A stretch of 61,005 nucleotides of DNA from Patescibacteria group bacterium (GCA_038063375.1 JBBTVG010000003.1:9060-70064), one strand, 5' to 3'. Counted from the first letter of the stretch, positions 7,786-15,997 are shown. Numbers and translations are program-made. The notes: generated from the sequence alone by a model not told the origin.

Positions 7786-9480
7786 ATGGCACGACATATA
7801 TTACAACTGAAAAAAATCAAAGAAACTCACGCTCATACTCTTAATTTGCGTGGTGCAATGCCTATTTCCGCGCGGGGAAAAAGAAGGAAGATCATTGATA
7901 TCAAGATTCTGCCTGTTCTCAAAAAACCGACTCTGACGACAGCGCGACCATCCGTTGCCCCATCGTACGCACGAATAATTGCGGTGTTCCTTATCGTTGT
8001 GGGGAGTGGAATGGCGCTTGGAACCGTGGGAAAGACTGTCTCCGTGTTCAACGACCTTGAAAGATCGTCGGCAAATTTGTTTGCGAGCGGTGTCATTGAC
8101 TTTTCACTTACGCTCACGCCATGGAGCAATTCCGTATGGCTTAATATGGAGCAGGGTACATCAAGCGCATACGATGTGGGCGTCTCGGCGCTTGCGGGAA
8201 GCAATCCGTTCCAGTATTACGCGTCAAGCACGAATTTTGGCGGCGATCCGGATTTTTGCGGCGCGCTTTCAACAAGAGCGATAGTTGGCAGTGAAGAACC
8301 ATACAACGGCTTACTGCGCGACATGCTTACGGCGACAACGACGACTCTTGGAGCCTGGAATTTTGAATTTTCCACCGGTCAAAATTTTGCGAACCGGATA
8401 TGCCGCTTTGACACCGACTTTAACGGCTGGCAGACGAGGCATAACCTGCCAAATTATGAAGAGGGTGGGTTTAAGGACACGGAAAAAATAACGCGGAGCA
8501 TTTATTCCGCGGGATTGCGTATCAATAAGGTATATTTTGAAAAAGAGGGCGAAGAAGACGGAGGCATCCACACGGGGGACGCTTCTTCAACAGTGACCGT
8601 CATAAATATCATCAATCAAAACGAAACGGATATTAACACCTGCGCGTGCGGAGATCCGCTTCATGATACGTACGGAGATGACAACGAAGCGCATTGCGAT
8701 CAAGAGGGAGGAGACACTATTGTCGTGAACGACAATAGTGTGATAGTCACGAATAATGCGACCGCAACAGCAAATACCGGCGGAAATAACGCAGAGGGCG
8801 GCGGCACGTTCCATGCGGATCACGAATGGGTTGAACTTTACAACCAAACGGATGAGGAGGTTAACATATCCGGTTGGACGATATGCGACAACGCGTCATG
8901 TGATGAACTTCTCGCTGACGCCCCCATTCCTCCTCATGGATTCGCGATCATTGCAGGCTCTGCGGAGGCATGGGACACGCACGACATCCCTCCAGGGGTG
9001 GTAACAATCGTTGTTTCTGATGGGGTCATTGGTGACGGACTCGGTAACGGCGCGGACATGCTCGTGCTTAAACGTCCGGACGGTGAGATTATTGACCAGA
9101 TGAATTGGGGTGCGCCTGATGGGAGTTGGACGAATTATAATGCCGATATATGGAATCCCGGAGTCGTGCCGCCCGGCGCGGGTGGCACGCTCGGGCGCGT
9201 ACCGGATGGCTACGACACGAATAATCCAAGTGATTTTTCCTCACTTCTTACTGTTTATCGGGAAGCCCCACCTTTAAATTTAAATGATGGAGAAGAAGGT
9301 TCTCTAGACGCGACAGAGGACGCCGAGATACAAGAGGAAACTTCGCAAAACACCGAGAACGAGGGAGAGCCAGAACCGGCACGCGCGCCGCGCGATGCGA
9401 GAGATTCCGAACGGTCGCAAAGAGGCGCACAACGTGAAGAAGATGTGACTAATGAAGAGAATATTGAAATTAGTTCTTAG
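7786..9480 (+). CDS. TasA-like SipW-substrate domain fused to repeat motifs, a lamin-tail domain and an acidic tail
   Basis: The TM helix plus GKTVSVFNDLERSSANLFASGVIDFSL gives the SipW-type signal. IHTGDASSTVTVINIINQNETDI and ANTGGNNAEGGG motifs are shared with ORF 900-3827. The LTD-like segment is EWVELYNQTDEEVNISGWTICDN...ADMLVLKRPDGEIIDQMNWG. The C-terminus is Glu/Asp-rich. The true start may be Met-25 at 7858. Confidence 0.7.
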   Translation: MARHILQLKKIKETHAHTLNLRGAMPISARGKRRKIIDIKILPVLKKPTLTTARPSVAPSYARIIAVFLIVVGSGMALGTVGKTVSVFNDLERSSANLFASGVIDFSLTLTPWSNSVWLNMEQGTSSAYDVGVSALAGSNPFQYYASSTNFGGDPDFCGALSTRAIVGSEEPYNGLLRDMLTATTTTLGAWNFEFSTGQNFANRICRFDTDFNGWQTRHNLPNYEEGGFKDTEKITRSIYSAGLRINKVYFEKEGEEDGGIHTGDASSTVTVINIINQNETDINTCACGDPLHDTYGDDNEAHCDQEGGDTIVVNDNSVIVTNNATATANTGGNNAEGGGTFHADHEWVELYNQTDEEVNISGWTICDNASCDELLADAPIPPHGFAIIAGSAEAWDTHDIPPGVVTIVVSDGVIGDGLGNGADMLVLKRPDGEIIDQMNWGAPDGSWTNYNADIWNPGVVPPGAGGTLGRVPDGYDTNNPSDFSSLLTVYREAPPLNLNDGEEGSLDATEDAEIQEETSQNTENEGEPEPARAPRDARDSERSQRGAQREEDVTNEENIEISS

Positions 9481-9484
9481 AAAA

Positions 9485-9513
9485 CAAAAACCCCCGCGCG
9501 GGGGTTTTTGTTT
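9485..9513. terminator. bidirectional rho-independent terminator
   Basis: CAAAAACCCCC-GCGC-GGGGGTTTTTG lies between the convergent ORFs ending at 9480 (+) and 9542 (-). Confidence 0.8.
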
Positions 9514-9541
9514 AACCGGTCTAACTAGGAATAGGGTTCAG

Positions 9542-10867
9542 TTATGGCCTCCAGTCGAGCGCCGCCGCAGCATTCACCAAGCCGTTTCCATACGTGTTGT
9601 CTTTTCCGGGAGCGCCTAGGTCTTGGGCGGTTGTTTCAATTGCCGCTCTTACATCGGCAGGTGTGGTGGCATAGCCGTTTGCAATGAGCAGTGCGGCGAC
9701 TCCCGCCACATGAGGGCTTGCCATGGATGTTCCGTTATAGAAATAGTATCCCCAATTATTTGTTTGTCTGCTGAATGTTTGCTGTAAGACGCCGTCTCCG
9801 TAGCCGTCGCCATTTTGATCAACCGAGAGATCGCCGCCTGGAGCAACGATGTCAATACTTGCGCCGTAGTTTGAGTATGGCGCCAGGGTTTCATCATAGC
9901 GAGTCGCTCCAACTGAAATGACATACGCGTCATATCCGGCAGGGTAGGAGGGGGTGTCATTCCCGCTGTTGCCTGCCGCGGCGACGATGGTCACCCCTTT
10001 TCCATAGGCGTAAGCGAGCGCCTCTTCAAGGTAGGAAGCTTTTGCGGAACCGCCAAGCGACATGTTGATGACTTTCGCGCCATTATCGGCCGCGAAACGC
10101 ACACCGAGGGCTATGTCTGCGTAGGTGCCGCTTCCATTTTTATTGAGTACCTTGATCGGCATAATGCGCGCTTTGTGGGCAACACCCGCTACGCCGACGC
10201 CATTGTTGGTACTTTGTGCGATAGTGCCCGTCACATGCGTTCCGTGGCCTTCGTCGTCATTAGGATGAGTGTCTTTGTTCACAAAGTCGTAACCGGGAGC
10301 AAAGAGCGTGACAGCGAGGTCGGGGGCGCGATAATATTTATTCCGGCGATTCTTCTCGGTATAATTTTCATACGCCACTCCGGTGTCAATGACCGCAACG
10401 GTAACACCTGAACCTGTTGAAGTATTCCAGGCCTCTTCTGCTTCAATGCCTCCGTACACAGGGTTATCCAAGTGCCATTGATATTTATAGAACGGGTCGT
10501 TTGGCACCATGAATGAGTGTGCGATATAATTCGGTTCGGCATAGAGAACATCCGAGTTTGATCGGTATTTGCCCAATGCTGTTTCAAGTGTTTCTCCTGG
10601 TGAAAGACGTATCCTCTGGAAACGGGATTCGTTTTTGAATTTTACGATAACCTCGTCTTCTGCGCGGAGCGCTCCCTCGCGCGCGTTCATGTTCCTTAAT
10701 TCCAAACGCGAACTTCTTTCGCGAGAAACGACGCCGTTCTCAAGCCGCTCTTGCATGACCGTGAAATCCACTGTGATGCCGGGAGTTGCGTATACCGCTT
10801 GAGAATATACGAATCCGAGCGACAACATAAGAGCAAAGAAAAGAATGTATTTTTTCATATTTTTCAT
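9542..10867 (-). CDS. secreted subtilisin-like serine protease (peptidase S8) with an N-terminal propeptide
   Basis: Signal peptide MKNMKKYILFFALMLSLGFVYSQAVYA. Catalytic triad motifs VAVIDTGV, HGTHVTGTIA and GTSMASPHVAGVAALL. Confidence 0.9.
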   Translation of the reverse strand: MKNMKKYILFFALMLSLGFVYSQAVYATPGITVDFTVMQERLENGVVSRERSSRLELRNMNAREGALRAEDEVIVKFKNESRFQRIRLSPGETLETALGKYRSNSDVLYAEPNYIAHSFMVPNDPFYKYQWHLDNPVYGGIEAEEAWNTSTGSGVTVAVIDTGVAYENYTEKNRRNKYYRAPDLAVTLFAPGYDFVNKDTHPNDDEGHGTHVTGTIAQSTNNGVGVAGVAHKARIMPIKVLNKNGSGTYADIALGVRFAADNGAKVINMSLGGSAKASYLEEALAYAYGKGVTIVAAAGNSGNDTPSYPAGYDAYVISVGATRYDETLAPYSNYGASIDIVAPGGDLSVDQNGDGYGDGVLQQTFSRQTNNWGYYFYNGTSMASPHVAGVAALLIANGYATTPADVRAAIETTAQDLGAPGKDNTYGNGLVNAAAALDWRP

Positions 10868-10898
10868 GGTTTTTTGAGATATTAAAACGAGTAAACAA

Positions 10899-10959
10899 CG
10901 ACATTGTTTTCTTAGATGCGAAGCAACTTAGAAAACAAGAAGTGCGCGTGTGGTGCGAC
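10899..10959 (-). promoter_or_regulatory. 61-nt conserved leader element, copy B, 31 nt upstream of the S8 protease start
   Basis: The reverse complement reads GTCGCACCACACGCGCACTTCTTGTTTTCTAAGTTGCTTCGCATCTAAGAAAACAATGTCG, 57/61 identical to 7168-7228. Confidence 0.7.
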
Positions 10960-11068
10960 CTTTTTGAGAACTTGCATATTTCAAGCTTAGCACCACCGTT
11001 TCAGGTGTCAATAGGTATATTTGATATGCCGGAGCAGCGTTTTTTACGGAGGGCGGCAAAGCGTTTTG

Positions 11069-11177
11069 TTTACCGAGCACCACTTTTACTAACTTCTTCG
11101 TTAGGTATCTACAGAAACAATAATATGCCATGCGCAAAAAACCTCCTGTTTCAAGGGTAAAAGTGGTGCTCGGTTTA
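11069..11177 (+). mobile_element. MITE-like element, family 1, copy 1 (101-bp element plus 4-bp TTTA direct flanks)
   Basis: Terminal inverted repeats CCGAGCACCACTTTTAC (11073-11089) and GTAAAAGTGGTGCTCGG (11157-11173). TTTA lies immediately on both sides. The interior is homologous to copies 2 and 3. Confidence 0.7.
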
Positions 11178-11202
11178 CCTGTGGTGCTGTGTGCGGTACA
11201 AT
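11174..11202 (+). promoter_or_regulatory. promoter TTTACC-N17-TACAAT, with the -10 box 6 nt before the ATG (leaderless arrangement)
   Basis: The first four bases of the -35 box are the right-hand flank of the MITE. TACAAT is at 11197-11202 and the ATG at 11209. Confidence 0.45.
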
Positions 11203-11208
11203 AGACTC

Positions 11209-11688
11209 ATGTTAAACGAGAAGATCATATTTTTGTTTCTACTGCTTATCCTTGTCCTCGCCGGCATAGCCGGCGCTATTTTAAATAGCGTGGAAATGCA
11301 AAAGGAAAAAATCAGGAAAAATAATACCGCGGATCTCATAAACACATTTGAAGAATGCGCCGCGGCGGGGTTTCCTGTCATGGAGTCTTATCCGCGCCAA
11401 TGCAGAACATCGGAAGGAAAGCATTTCACTGAAGAGATTGAGGCGCCTCTCAAAGAAACACCTACCGCAGATGTCGGATCTAAGAGCGGCTGTGTGCCTG
11501 CCGGATGCAGTGGTCAGTTGTGTCTTGAAGAGGAACAAGCGGGCAACATCATGACCACGTGCGAATACAAACCCGAGTATGCCTGCTATCGGAGTGCGGT
11601 GTGTGAGAGGCAAAAGAGCGGTGCGTGCGGTTGGAGAGAAACAGAGGAGTTGCGAATATGCAGAACGGAAGCCCTAAGAGAACAGTAG
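11209..11688 (+). CDS. membrane-anchored hypothetical protein with a C-terminal eight-cysteine cluster
   Basis: TM helix IIFLFLLLILVLAGIAGAIL. The C-terminal CVPAGCSGQLC...TTCEYKPEYACYRSAVCERQKSGACGW...RIC segment has 8 Cys. The ATG at 11209 is preferred over the GTG at 11191. Confidence 0.6.
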   Translation: MLNEKIIFLFLLLILVLAGIAGAILNSVEMQKEKIRKNNTADLINTFEECAAAGFPVMESYPRQCRTSEGKHFTEEIEAPLKETPTADVGSKSGCVPAGCSGQLCLEEEQAGNIMTTCEYKPEYACYRSAVCERQKSGACGWRETEELRICRTEALREQ

Positions 11689-11719
11689 GACAAAAGTTTT
11701 TATGGTATAATTTTTAATA

Positions 11720-12976
11720 ATGGAAAAAAAGGCATTACAATTTCCGAAAGGATTTCTCTGGGGCGCGGCAACTTCCGCGCACCAAGTGGAAGGAGGGAAC
11801 ACCAATGATTGGTCGGAATGGGAGAAGGAACACGCGGAGCGTTTTGCAGAGGAGGCGAAAAAACACTGGGAGCCATGGCAACAGGAGCGATTTCCCGAGA
11901 TGTTTGACCCGGCGAACTATATTTCAGGGAAAGCGGCGGATCACTACAATCGGTACGAGGAAGATTTTGATATCGCGAAGTCGCTTGGGCACAATGCTCA
12001 TCGGTTTTCCATTGAATGGTCGCGTATTGAACCGGAAGAGGGAAAGTTTGATACAAAAGAAATTGAACATTACCGGCAGGTGATCCAAGCGCTCAAAAAG
12101 CGTGGCTTGGAGCCGTTCGTAACGATCTGGCACTGGCCTCTGCCACTATGGCTTGCGGAGAAAGGAGGATGGGAAGCACCCGGGGCGACCATGTATTTTG
12201 AGCGTTATGCGGCAAAGCTCGCGTCTCTCTTCAAAGACGATGTGCGTTTTTGGATCACCATCAATGAGTCGCAAATATACGCGCTCCATGGATATACCAC
12301 AGGGGAATGGCCTCCGGGAAAAAAAAATGTATTTCTCTATTTCTGGGTCATCCACAAAATTATCGGCGCGCACAAAAAAGCATATCAAGCGATTAAGGCA
12401 ATAGCGCCCTTGGCGCAGGTGGGAGTCGCGACTCATAATATTTATTTTGAAGCGCACCAAAATACGTTTATCAATAGAATGTTGAAAAAGGCGGTTGACT
12501 GGTGGTGGAATGATTATTTTTTAAACAAAATTTCGCGCTATCAAGATTTCGTCGGTCTCAATAATTATCTTCACAACCGAATAGACTACGGCTTCAACAA
12601 GAACGAAAACATGAAGCTTTCTGATATGGGATGGGAGCTGTATCCGGAAGCGCTCTATTATACTTTGATGGGGCTCAAAAAATATCATGTGCCCGTGTAT
12701 GTCATGGAAAGCGGATTGGCGGATGCGGATGATTCCCGTCGAGAATGGTTCATCAAGGCGCTCGTTGAACAAGTGTATCGCGCCAATAAAAGTGGTGTGG
12801 ACGTAAGAGGATTTTTATACTGGTCGCTTCTGGATAATTTTGAATGGGATAAGGGATTTTGGCCCAGGTTTGGATTGGTGGAAATTGATTACCAGACGCT
12901 GGAACGCAAGATTCGCCCAAGCGTCCGAGCCTACGCGGAGATTTGCAGATCAAATTCTCTTATCCAAAAAGAATAA
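11720..12976 (+). CDS. GH1 family beta-glucosidase
   Basis: The N-terminal signature is FPKGFLWGAATSAHQVEGGN. WITINESQ is the acid/base motif and YVMESGLA the nucleophile region. Confidence 0.85.
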   Translation: MEKKALQFPKGFLWGAATSAHQVEGGNTNDWSEWEKEHAERFAEEAKKHWEPWQQERFPEMFDPANYISGKAADHYNRYEEDFDIAKSLGHNAHRFSIEWSRIEPEEGKFDTKEIEHYRQVIQALKKRGLEPFVTIWHWPLPLWLAEKGGWEAPGATMYFERYAAKLASLFKDDVRFWITINESQIYALHGYTTGEWPPGKKNVFLYFWVIHKIIGAHKKAYQAIKAIAPLAQVGVATHNIYFEAHQNTFINRMLKKAVDWWWNDYFLNKISRYQDFVGLNNYLHNRIDYGFNKNENMKLSDMGWELYPEALYYTLMGLKKYHVPVYVMESGLADADDSRREWFIKALVEQVYRANKSGVDVRGFLYWSLLDNFEWDKGFWPRFGLVEIDYQTLERKIRPSVRAYAEICRSNSLIQKE

Positions 12977-12977
12977 T

Positions 12978-13946
12978 ATGATCAGTTGGGTATATATTGC
13001 CATTGTCGCGTACTTTCTCACGGCTCTCAATTCCGTTGTTGATAAGTATTTGTTGGGACGATCCATTCCGCATCCCGTGGTGTACGCATTTTATGTTGGC
13101 GTGTTCAGCATCTTTACGATAATCCTTACGCCATTCGGCTTCATGTGGCCCGGATGGGTGCAATTCGGCGCGGCGCTTTTTGTCGGTATCGTGTTTCTTT
13201 TGGCTCTTATTTCGTTCTTTGCCGCTCTGAAGGCGGATGAAGCGTCGCGTATGGTTTCCATTGTTGGCGGCGTTACGCCAATTTTTATTCTTATTTTGTC
13301 CGCGGTCGTATTTGGGGATAGTCTCAGGGGAAATGAGTATTACGCGCTCGCTCTTCTCGTCTTAGGGACAGTGGTTATTTCCGCACGCCGCAACCGCACG
13401 TGCAGTATTTTTCAACTGAACAAACACGAATGCGCGCGCAGTACGGAACTCGCGATTCTCGCGGCGCTCTTTTTCGCGCTCTTTTTTATTTCCGCGCGAT
13501 TTGTCTTTGATAATCAAGAATTCATTTCCGGATTTATATGGACACGCATCGGAAGTTTCCTCGCCGCATTTCTGTTGCTCTTGATACCAAGCAACAGAAA
13601 ACTTATTTTTAATACAACAAAAAAAGTGGGCGCAAAAATGGGCGGATTGTTTGTCGCAAACAAGACGCTGGCCGGATTTGCATTTTTGATGCTTAATTAC
13701 GCGATTGCCATCGGAAACGTTACGCTAGTGAACGCTCTTGAGGGGGTGAAGTATATATTTCTCTTGGTGCTTGTGTTTATTATCTCAAGATTCCGCCCTT
13801 CCATACTGCAAGAAGAGACAACCTTTTTGATTTTACTGCAAAAGACCACCGCCATCACCCTTATTTTCTTGGGAATACTATTATTGTCCGGACTATCATT
13901 GACTGATCTATGGGGGACGTTATCACCCGTTAACTATTATCAATAA
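12978..13946 (+). CDS. EamA/DMT-family transporter
   Basis: About 10 TM helices. The ATG at 12978 lies 1 nt after the GH1 stop. The track's 12840 start overlaps the GH1 gene and is rejected. Confidence 0.65.
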   Translation: MISWVYIAIVAYFLTALNSVVDKYLLGRSIPHPVVYAFYVGVFSIFTIILTPFGFMWPGWVQFGAALFVGIVFLLALISFFAALKADEASRMVSIVGGVTPIFILILSAVVFGDSLRGNEYYALALLVLGTVVISARRNRTCSIFQLNKHECARSTELAILAALFFALFFISARFVFDNQEFISGFIWTRIGSFLAAFLLLLIPSNRKLIFNTTKKVGAKMGGLFVANKTLAGFAFLMLNYAIAIGNVTLVNALEGVKYIFLLVLVFIISRFRPSILQEETTFLILLQKTTAITLIFLGILLLSGLSLTDLWGTLSPVNYYQ

Positions 13947-14977
13947 TGCGTTTTAAACGACTCACAATCATTTCGGTGCTCGTGCTCATACTTGTTGTCG
14001 CCGTACTAGCATTTTCGTTGAAAAGGCCCGCGAGCGCGACCGGCGTAGAACGTTGGGGTGTAACGTTTTCTCATCAATTTGGGCAATATCTGGAGATTGA
14101 TTGGCGTAAAGCATATATTGCCATACTCGATGAATTGAAACCGCCGATGATACGCTTGCCGTTTTACTGGAATGATATTGAGAAAAACGAAGAGGAATTT
14201 AATTTTGAAATATATGATTTTCTTGTTGATGAAGCGGAAAAACGAGGAGTGGAGCTTACGCTTGTCGTAGGCATGCGGGTGCCGCGGTGGCCGGAATGCC
14301 ATATTCCGCTTTGGGCAAAAAGCTTGCCGCTCGCAGAGCAAAAAGAAGAAGTCAAAGACGTGATTGTTGCTGTTGTTGAAAGGTATAAGCAGAGGAAGAG
14401 CGTTGTTATGTGGCAGGTGGAGAACGAGCCGTTCCTGCCGTTTTTCGGGGACTGTCCCGCACCGGATGGCGATCAACTTGATGAAGAAATTAAAATTGTG
14501 CGTTTTCTTGATCCGGAACGCCCTATTTTAGTGACTGACAGCGGGGAGCTTTCTACGTGGGTTCCTGCCGCTAAAAGGGGAGATGTATTTGGAACGACCA
14601 TGTATCGCATCGTGTGGAGCGATCTGTTCAGTCCATACCTTGGGTTCATTGATTATCATTTGCCCCCAAAATTTTTCTGGCTGAAGGCGAACATTGTTCA
14701 TTTGTTTTTCGGTAACAACAAGCGGATTATCAACGTGGAATTACAGGCAGAGCCGTGGAATCCGGAATTTTATCAAGGCGTTTCAAAAAGTCTTGACGGA
14801 AACTCGCCATCAATGAATCTTCCGCAGTTTCTTGACAACATAGAGTATGCGCGCGAAGTGGGATTTCCCGATGTCTATTTATGGGGTGTTGAATGGTGGT
14901 ATATAATGAAAGAAGAATTTGACGATCCTCGCTTTTGGGAAGCGGCAAAGGACGTCATCGCGACCTCTTCGCGTTAG
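13946..14977 (+). CDS. membrane-anchored putative glycoside hydrolase (clan GH-A TIM-barrel-like)
   Basis: The N-terminal TM anchor is followed by WQVENEPF (an NEP acid/base-type motif). The start overlaps the preceding stop (TAATG). Confidence 0.5.
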   Translation: MRFKRLTIISVLVLILVVAVLAFSLKRPASATGVERWGVTFSHQFGQYLEIDWRKAYIAILDELKPPMIRLPFYWNDIEKNEEEFNFEIYDFLVDEAEKRGVELTLVVGMRVPRWPECHIPLWAKSLPLAEQKEEVKDVIVAVVERYKQRKSVVMWQVENEPFLPFFGDCPAPDGDQLDEEIKIVRFLDPERPILVTDSGELSTWVPAAKRGDVFGTTMYRIVWSDLFSPYLGFIDYHLPPKFFWLKANIVHLFFGNNKRIINVELQAEPWNPEFYQGVSKSLDGNSPSMNLPQFLDNIEYAREVGFPDVYLWGVEWWYIMKEEFDDPRFWEAAKDVIATSSR

Positions 14978-15015
14978 CGTTAACAAAGACTGCAGGGTAA
15001 CCCTTGGCAAAACAA

Positions 15016-15040
15016 AAAGCCGAGCGAGAAGCTCGGCTTT
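15016..15040. terminator. bidirectional terminator hairpin
   Basis: AAAGCCGAGC-GAGAA-GCTCGGCTTT lies between convergent ORFs. An A-run upstream gives a T-run on the minus strand. Confidence 0.7.
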
Positions 15041-15053
15041 CACAATATATGTA

Positions 15054-15422
15054 TCACAAAGAGGGAGGAACTGACGCGCGTTGAAAGAATTTTTCCAGAA
15101 TTTTTTGCACACATCCTCTGTTGTAACGCCCCCATTCCCATAAGGTGTTGTACTGACGATGGGTCCAAAATTCTTCTCGTTGTACATAAAAGAGCTTTGT
15201 TTTGGTTACAATCCGATAGTTCATCGTACCGTCAGAAGATCTGCGTGTGTCGATCACCCGGAGCCATTTGCCGATCAGGTGGCAAACACAATTATGTGCA
15301 GGCGAGTGGATGGCACAAACACATCTTTTTATAAAGACTGACTGATCGACTATTGATGGGGTATCTTCCGGGTTGGTTGATACCAATCGCAACACAATAT
15401 GATGTTTTTGCGCCTGGAGCAT
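15054..15422 (-). CDS. hypothetical Cys/His-rich protein
   Basis: GGGAG ribosome-binding site 6 nt before the ATG, with a terminator downstream. It contains CVCAIHSPAHNCVCH. I recognise no family. Confidence 0.55.
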   Translation of the reverse strand: MLQAQKHHIVLRLVSTNPEDTPSIVDQSVFIKRCVCAIHSPAHNCVCHLIGKWLRVIDTRRSSDGTMNYRIVTKTKLFYVQREEFWTHRQYNTLWEWGRYNRGCVQKILEKFFQRASVPPSL

Positions 15423-15499
15423 GGTAATCTCCCTGTGTGTTTCCTAAATAAAATGATACCTATGGATATGCCGTCTGTCAATATTCACCCGACCAACAC

Positions 15500-15528
15500 T
15501 TGACATTAATATAAAGATAGTGTATTAT
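15500..15528 (+). promoter_or_regulatory. promoter TTGACA-N17-TATTAT
   Basis: Hexamers at 15500-15505 and 15523-15528, upstream of the ORF at 15623. Confidence 0.55.
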
Positions 15529-15622
15529 GCATGCATCGACCTTCTCTGGGCCGATTTCATCTTTTGCCATGCGGCCAAAAGTGAATGTTCCTTCAACCAA
15601 AACTACACGGAGATTCATAACG

Positions 15623-15922
15623 ATGAACAATCCTAATGGTAACGTACAAAAGGTTGTTGTTATGCAGGGGTCAAGTAAGAATGTCATGGTGGCATTTCTG
15701 CTCTCCTTTTTCTTCGGTCCCCTGGGTATGTTTTACTCAACGGTGTCGGGTGCCCTCATCATGCTGGTAATTTCCATCGTGGTCGGCATCTTTACACTCG
15801 GTTTCGGACTGTTCATTACTTGGCCGATCTGCATCATCTGGGCATGTGTCGCGGCAGGTAATCATAACAAAAAAGAATCGGCGGCATTTGCCAAACCGTG
15901 TGGTGGTGAGATTCCATTGTGA
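15623..15922 (+). CDS. small membrane protein (TM2-like)
   Basis: The ATG at 15623 has a GGAG 10 nt upstream. It has two or three TM helices (VMVAFLLSFFFGPLGMFYS...). The track's start at 15527 is rejected. Confidence 0.6.
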   Translation: MNNPNGNVQKVVVMQGSSKNVMVAFLLSFFFGPLGMFYSTVSGALIMLVISIVVGIFTLGFGLFITWPICIIWACVAAGNHNKKESAAFAKPCGGEIPL

Positions 15923-15964
15923 AAGTAATCGTTAGCCGGTAAGTGAACGCGGAAGTCAAAACCG

Positions 15965-15997
15965 AAGACGGTCCTTCAAAAGGACCGTCTTTTTTTT
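15965..15997 (+). terminator. rho-independent terminator
   Basis: AAGACGGTCCT-TCAAA-AGGACCGTCTT followed by a T7 run. Confidence 0.85.

Noticed and set aside
10867-10904. The ATG inside leader element copy B (10904-10902, minus strand) as an alternative, longer start for the S8 protease.
   Set aside because: It is out of frame with the protease ORF (a 37-nt offset) and opens only an overlapping ORF of about 50 codons. The ATG at 10867 gives a canonical signal peptide.
12840-12977. N-terminal extensions proposed by the ORF track: 12840, 15527, 16068, 26692, 42429, 43456, 45632, 50395, 51785, 56108 (dnaB) and 59096.
   Set aside because: Each extension overlaps the upstream gene or a promoter or repeat and adds sequence with no family similarity. 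Internal ATG codons give canonical N-termini (signal peptides, the VSIGIPAYNE motif, the DnaB N-terminus) and typical coupling overlaps.
14994-15008. The 15-mer AGGGTAACCCTTGGC is shared, as its reverse complement, with the dnaB-region palindrome (56111-56125).
   Set aside because: A single 15-mer match is within chance expectation (a few per window). It contains a low-information self-complementary core and has no extended similarity.
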